Shown here: in pieces, positions 60,448-64,000 of the stretch | Layout: each line of letters starts with the position of its first letter | Position numbering within the stretch: the first letter of the stretch is position 1 | NCBI GenBank assembly: GCA_019058365.1 | Contig: JAHPZE010000013.1 | Span: 49,231-113,230 of the forward strand | DNA: 64,000 nt | DNA from: Promethearchaeota archaeon | Lineage (GTDB): Archaea; Asgardarchaeota; Lokiarchaeia; Sigyniarchaeales; SOKP01 | Direction: 5' to 3' | Program-made: the position numbers and the translations under genes | Notes under the pieces: model-generated | Databases searched by the model: none | What the model saw: only the letters and a program-made list of their open reading frames with translations | Told to the model about the DNA's origin: nothing

Positions 60448-61239
60448 ATGAAACTTGATCTAGCTCAAATGGTTACCCTTACTTCTTACGGTAATGTGTA
60501 TTTAACTAACCAATCCATCAGTTTAGATCTTAATCATTCTACTACTGATTCATGTAAAAAAATTAGTTTTATAGAATTGATTTCTAATGGAGAGACATCA
60601 GAAGAGATTCTTTTAACAAATACTCCTAATGAATGGTTTGAATACTTAAGAAAAAGTGGTGTTAAACATCTAAAGATCCATTTTCCTCCTACTGGGGGTG
60701 ACAGAATGTCTGCTTCCCTTATAGGAGACGGAGATAGATGGATAATTGAAGCATTCAAGGAACCACTTTCTGATATTTGGGATGTTAGGTGGAATTTTAA
60801 CCCTTTTGAAGATAAAAAGAGAATTTGGTCCGTTACTTATGGCCTAACCTCGAAGAATTATAATCACCCCAAAATAGATTATCCACCATTAGAATACTGG
60901 CATAAAGAATTAATCGTACAAATTAAAAAGATTAAGAAATTTGCTGAAAAACAATCTTTAGTTCAATATGTTGATATTTTCCAGGATGCTCTTGATTGTA
61001 TAGCATCTGATGAGCCCCTTAGTTTAATTACCCATAATGATATAGTCCCTCCAGAGAAGTATGATCTTAAGGCAAAGCAAATTTTTGCGGCTTGTAATAA
61101 CGCTTGGATTGTCGCAATGGTAGATTGGAATGAGCTACAATTTAAAGGTAAAATACAAAAAGAATATAATAAATTGTCTGATGATTTATATCTTAAAATA
61201 TGTAGAGCTATAATGGTGGCTACAAATTCATCTCATTGA
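60448..61239 (+). CDS. Hypothetical protein
   Basis: 263-aa ORF, co-directional; no motif recognised. Confidence 0.6.
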   Translation: MKLDLAQMVTLTSYGNVYLTNQSISLDLNHSTTDSCKKISFIELISNGETSEEILLTNTPNEWFEYLRKSGVKHLKIHFPPTGGDRMSASLIGDGDRWIIEAFKEPLSDIWDVRWNFNPFEDKKRIWSVTYGLTSKNYNHPKIDYPPLEYWHKELIVQIKKIKKFAEKQSLVQYVDIFQDALDCIASDEPLSLITHNDIVPPEKYDLKAKQIFAACNNAWIVAMVDWNELQFKGKIQKEYNKLSDDLYLKICRAIMVATNSSH

Positions 61240-61287
61240 ACATTAAATATAATAACCTTCTTTAATTGATCTCAAGAGGAATCTATA

Positions 61288-62910
61288 ATGAGTGATTTAT
61301 TTCTTGGATTGGATTGCTCAACACAGAGTTTAACCTCACTTATTATTGACTTTGGTTCAGGTAGGGTACTATATCGAGAGCGTATCAATTATGATGAAGA
61401 TTTACCACAATATAATACCCGAAATGGCGTTATTATTTTGGATAATGAAAAAATCATCCATTCATATCCTCTTATGTGGATAGAAGCTTTAGAATTATTA
61501 TTTGAAAAAATGAAAACTACTAAAATTCCCATTCATAATGTTAAAGCAGTTTCAGGATCCGGACAACAACACGGAACGGTTTATTTAAACAACAAGTTTG
61601 AAAGTAATCTTAAAAAATTAAACCGACATAAATCTTTATTTTCTCAATTAAAAAACTCGTTTTCTCGTCCGACAAGTCCAGTTTGGATGGATTCAAGTAC
61701 AACTAATCAATGTGAAGAAATCCGTGAGAAATTAGGGGGATTAGTATCTACTATTGAATTATTAGGTTCAAATACATTTGAACGCTTTTCTGGACCACAA
61801 ATAAGAAAATTTTTCCAAGAAGAACCAGAATTATATAAACAAACATCAACAATTCATCTAGTTAGCTCATTTCTCGCCTCAATATTATTAGGAATAAATG
61901 CTCCTATTGATCATGGCGATGGAGCGGGCATGAATTTAATGAATATAAAAACTAAGCAATGGGACATTAGAGCTTTAGAAGCGACTGCTCCCAATCTAAG
62001 AGATAAATTACCCTCACTTACGAAACCTTATAACATTATTGGAACACTATCTTCATATTTTGTAAGAAAATTTGGTTTTAGTCCTGATACTCGTTTGATT
62101 GCATGGTCTGGGGACAATCCAAATAGTCTTATTGGAGTGGGATTAATAGAAAAAGGGAAAGTTGCGATTAGTTTAGGGACAAGTGATACTTATTTAGGTT
62201 ATTTACAAGATTTACATCTTGACTTTAAAGGAGAAGGACATGTTTTTGGTGCACCAACGGGCGATTATATGAGCTTAATATGTTATAAAAATGGTTCTTT
62301 AGCCAGAGAGAGAATAAAAAATAACTTTAACCTAAATTGGGAAGAATTCTCAGAAATTTTAAATAACACTCCACCGGGAAATAATGGAAAACTAATGTTA
62401 CCCTACTTTTTTCCTGAGATTGTTCCTCAAGTATTAGAACCTCATGTATATCGATTCGGTTTCAATGAAAATGATATAGAGGGAAATGTCAGAGGTATAA
62501 TTGAAGCTCAATTTTTATCTATGAAATTACATTCAAAATGGATCGGAGAAAAACCAACTGAAATTTATGCTACAGGAGGAGCATCTGCAAATAAGGATAT
62601 TCTTCAAGTAATGGCAAACATATTTAACACGAAGGTTCGTATGTTTGAATTAACTAATTCAGCAGCTTTAGGTGCGGCATTCAGATCAGCAAAATCATAT
62701 TATGATTTGACTAATAAGATAAAAAGTTGGGATGAAATTATAAATAAATTTATAGATTTTCAAAAAAGTGTTATTATAGAACCAAATGAGAAATACATCG
62801 GTTTGTATGATGACATGCTTAAACTTTATAAGAACTATGAAGATTTTATTTTGAAGAATGGAGAAGATCCTGAATTAGCTCGCTTAGAATTTATTAAAAA
62901 ATATTTTTGA
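61288..62910 (+). CDS. xylB: FGGY-family carbohydrate kinase, xylulokinase (XYLB-like)
   Basis: GLDCSTQS, SGSGQQHG, WMDSST, ERFSGPQIRK, GDNP, SLGTSDT, TGGAS. Confidence 0.88.
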   Translation: MSDLFLGLDCSTQSLTSLIIDFGSGRVLYRERINYDEDLPQYNTRNGVIILDNEKIIHSYPLMWIEALELLFEKMKTTKIPIHNVKAVSGSGQQHGTVYLNNKFESNLKKLNRHKSLFSQLKNSFSRPTSPVWMDSSTTNQCEEIREKLGGLVSTIELLGSNTFERFSGPQIRKFFQEEPELYKQTSTIHLVSSFLASILLGINAPIDHGDGAGMNLMNIKTKQWDIRALEATAPNLRDKLPSLTKPYNIIGTLSSYFVRKFGFSPDTRLIAWSGDNPNSLIGVGLIEKGKVAISLGTSDTYLGYLQDLHLDFKGEGHVFGAPTGDYMSLICYKNGSLARERIKNNFNLNWEEFSEILNNTPPGNNGKLMLPYFFPEIVPQVLEPHVYRFGFNENDIEGNVRGIIEAQFLSMKLHSKWIGEKPTEIYATGGASANKDILQVMANIFNTKVRMFELTNSAALGAAFRSAKSYYDLTNKIKSWDEIINKFIDFQKSVIIEPNEKYIGLYDDMLKLYKNYEDFILKNGEDPELARLEFIKKYF

Positions 62911-62952
62911 CATTATAAATATTTCATGTTGTGAATAGATTAATGTAATCCT

Positions 62953-63357
62953 CTATTGCCAAGATTTCAGTTGTAATTTAAATATTTCCTTGAAGTTTTT
63001 ATCTGTAGAGTAAATAATGTCCGTAGTATGTTTTTTACATGTCATAGCAATGATTTCATCGTGTAATTCGTGGCTTTTAGCATTATTTAACATCAATTTA
63101 ATGATTTCCAGATCAAAATCATCGATAATAATATTTTCTGAGCTTTCCCATCGATTTAGAGCCTCTTTAAATGCATTTATTTTCCCCGCTTTTCTCATTT
63201 TCCAAAACAATTCTGCAATTGCAATTGTAGGTACTATTACAATTACTTCTCCATTTATCACTTCTTTTTTTAGTTGTTGGAGTATTGATGGAATTTTCTG
63301 ATAGTCATAATGGAAATAAAATAGAACCTGAGCATCAATAACAACTTTTTCTGTCAT
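62953..63357 (-). CDS. vapC: VapC PIN-domain toxin
   Basis: VIDA, AIAE, HDEII, STD. Confidence 0.85.
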   Translation of the reverse strand: MTEKVVIDAQVLFYFHYDYQKIPSILQQLKKEVINGEVIVIVPTIAIAELFWKMRKAGKINAFKEALNRWESSENIIIDDFDLEIIKLMLNNAKSHELHDEIIAMTCKKHTTDIIYSTDKNFKEIFKLQLKSWQ

Positions 63358-63382
63358 TTTTTATCAAGAAATACTTTTGTGA

Positions 63383-63631
63383 TTAATCCTTATTAGGAAA
63401 TAACGATTTTTTCGCTTCTTTTAACTCTTCCTCTGTAAACGGAGCAACTCCTTCAAATAAATTATCTTCAATCTCAAGAGGATGTGTCTTTTTTTTGATT
63501 AAAATGGTTTTATCATCCTTCAATTCCAACTCAATCTCATTTGTATCTTCAATCGCTAACTTATCTCTCCATTCTTTCGGTATTATAATCCTTCCATTTG
63601 ATGAGACTTTTTGAGTTTTTTTTTCAGTCAT
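63383..63631 (-). CDS. AbrB/MazE-type antitoxin
   Basis: KVSSNGRIIIPKEWRDKL; upstream of the PIN toxin. Confidence 0.88.
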   Translation of the reverse strand: MTEKKTQKVSSNGRIIIPKEWRDKLAIEDTNEIELELKDDKTILIKKKTHPLEIEDNLFEGVAPFTEEELKEAKKSLFPNKD

Positions 63632-63767
63632 TTGTATTTTTCATTTTTTCAATTGTCATTATAATATAGTAAATGACAATTATTATATCTTTTTAAAAAT
63701 AATAACAGTAGAGTAGAAAAAAAAAGAAAAAAAATATTTAAAGTTATTTTTAGCCCAAAAAACTTCT

Positions 63768-63986
63768 TTATTTGTATTTAATCGACAAAAGTAAGTCGTT
63801 TTTAGTTATTTTCTTTCTGTTCGCATGCATTGTAAAAGTTCTTGCTTGTTCAGTTAAAGCAGAAGCAGTTTTTTCTAAATGATCAATTAATAAATCAACT
63901 GCATTTCGAGCTACGATGCTAGCACCCTGTTGCTTCATCAATCGACGAATTGGGCTCCATGCGAAAGAATGTTTCTTTTTAGCCAT
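63768..63986 (-). CDS. Archaeal histone
   Basis: SPIRRLMK..GA..VA..AV...HANRKKIT..D histone fold; GGAGG SD upstream. Confidence 0.93.
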   Translation of the reverse strand: MAKKKHSFAWSPIRRLMKQQGASIVARNAVDLLIDHLEKTASALTEQARTFTMHANRKKITKNDLLLSIKYK

Positions 63987-64000
63987 TTTTTATTCCTCCA

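Overview
Very AT-rich archaeal DNA, most likely from an Asgard (Lokiarchaeia-like) genome. The lineage is inferred from the histone, the Loki-type 38232 protein family and the gene style. Positions ~1-48.4 kb form a defence/accessory island. It starts with a divergent ATPase-wHTH pair, then a long prokaryotic Argonaute with a non-canonical DEDQ tetrad. Co-directional with ago are a 1388-aa nuclease-domain gene and a complete nurA-herA-mre11-rad50 end-resection operon. Next come a complete type-1 BREX system (brxA,B,C,pglX,pglZ,brxL) with a large accessory gene, an HTH-TPR giant, an orphan type I-E-like mini-CRISPR array and gene remnants (NDT/TIR-like, DUF499). The island ends with a four-gene operon (PD-(D/E)XK-like, TGT-like Zn protein, DUF4065-like, PIN) and a double-HNH protein. 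A ~130-bp direct repeat containing the nurA RBS and first codons flanks the 1388-aa gene. This implies ago was originally directly upstream of nurA, i.e. a candidate Argonaute-NurA-HerA-Mre11-Rad50 DNA-interference system. Positions 48.4-64 kb are housekeeping/metabolic: NOG1, asd, DUF362, type II PanK, SIS/PHI, a two-component pair, flavin reductases, xylulokinase, VapBC and a histone. All calls come from motif recognition only; no database searches were run.
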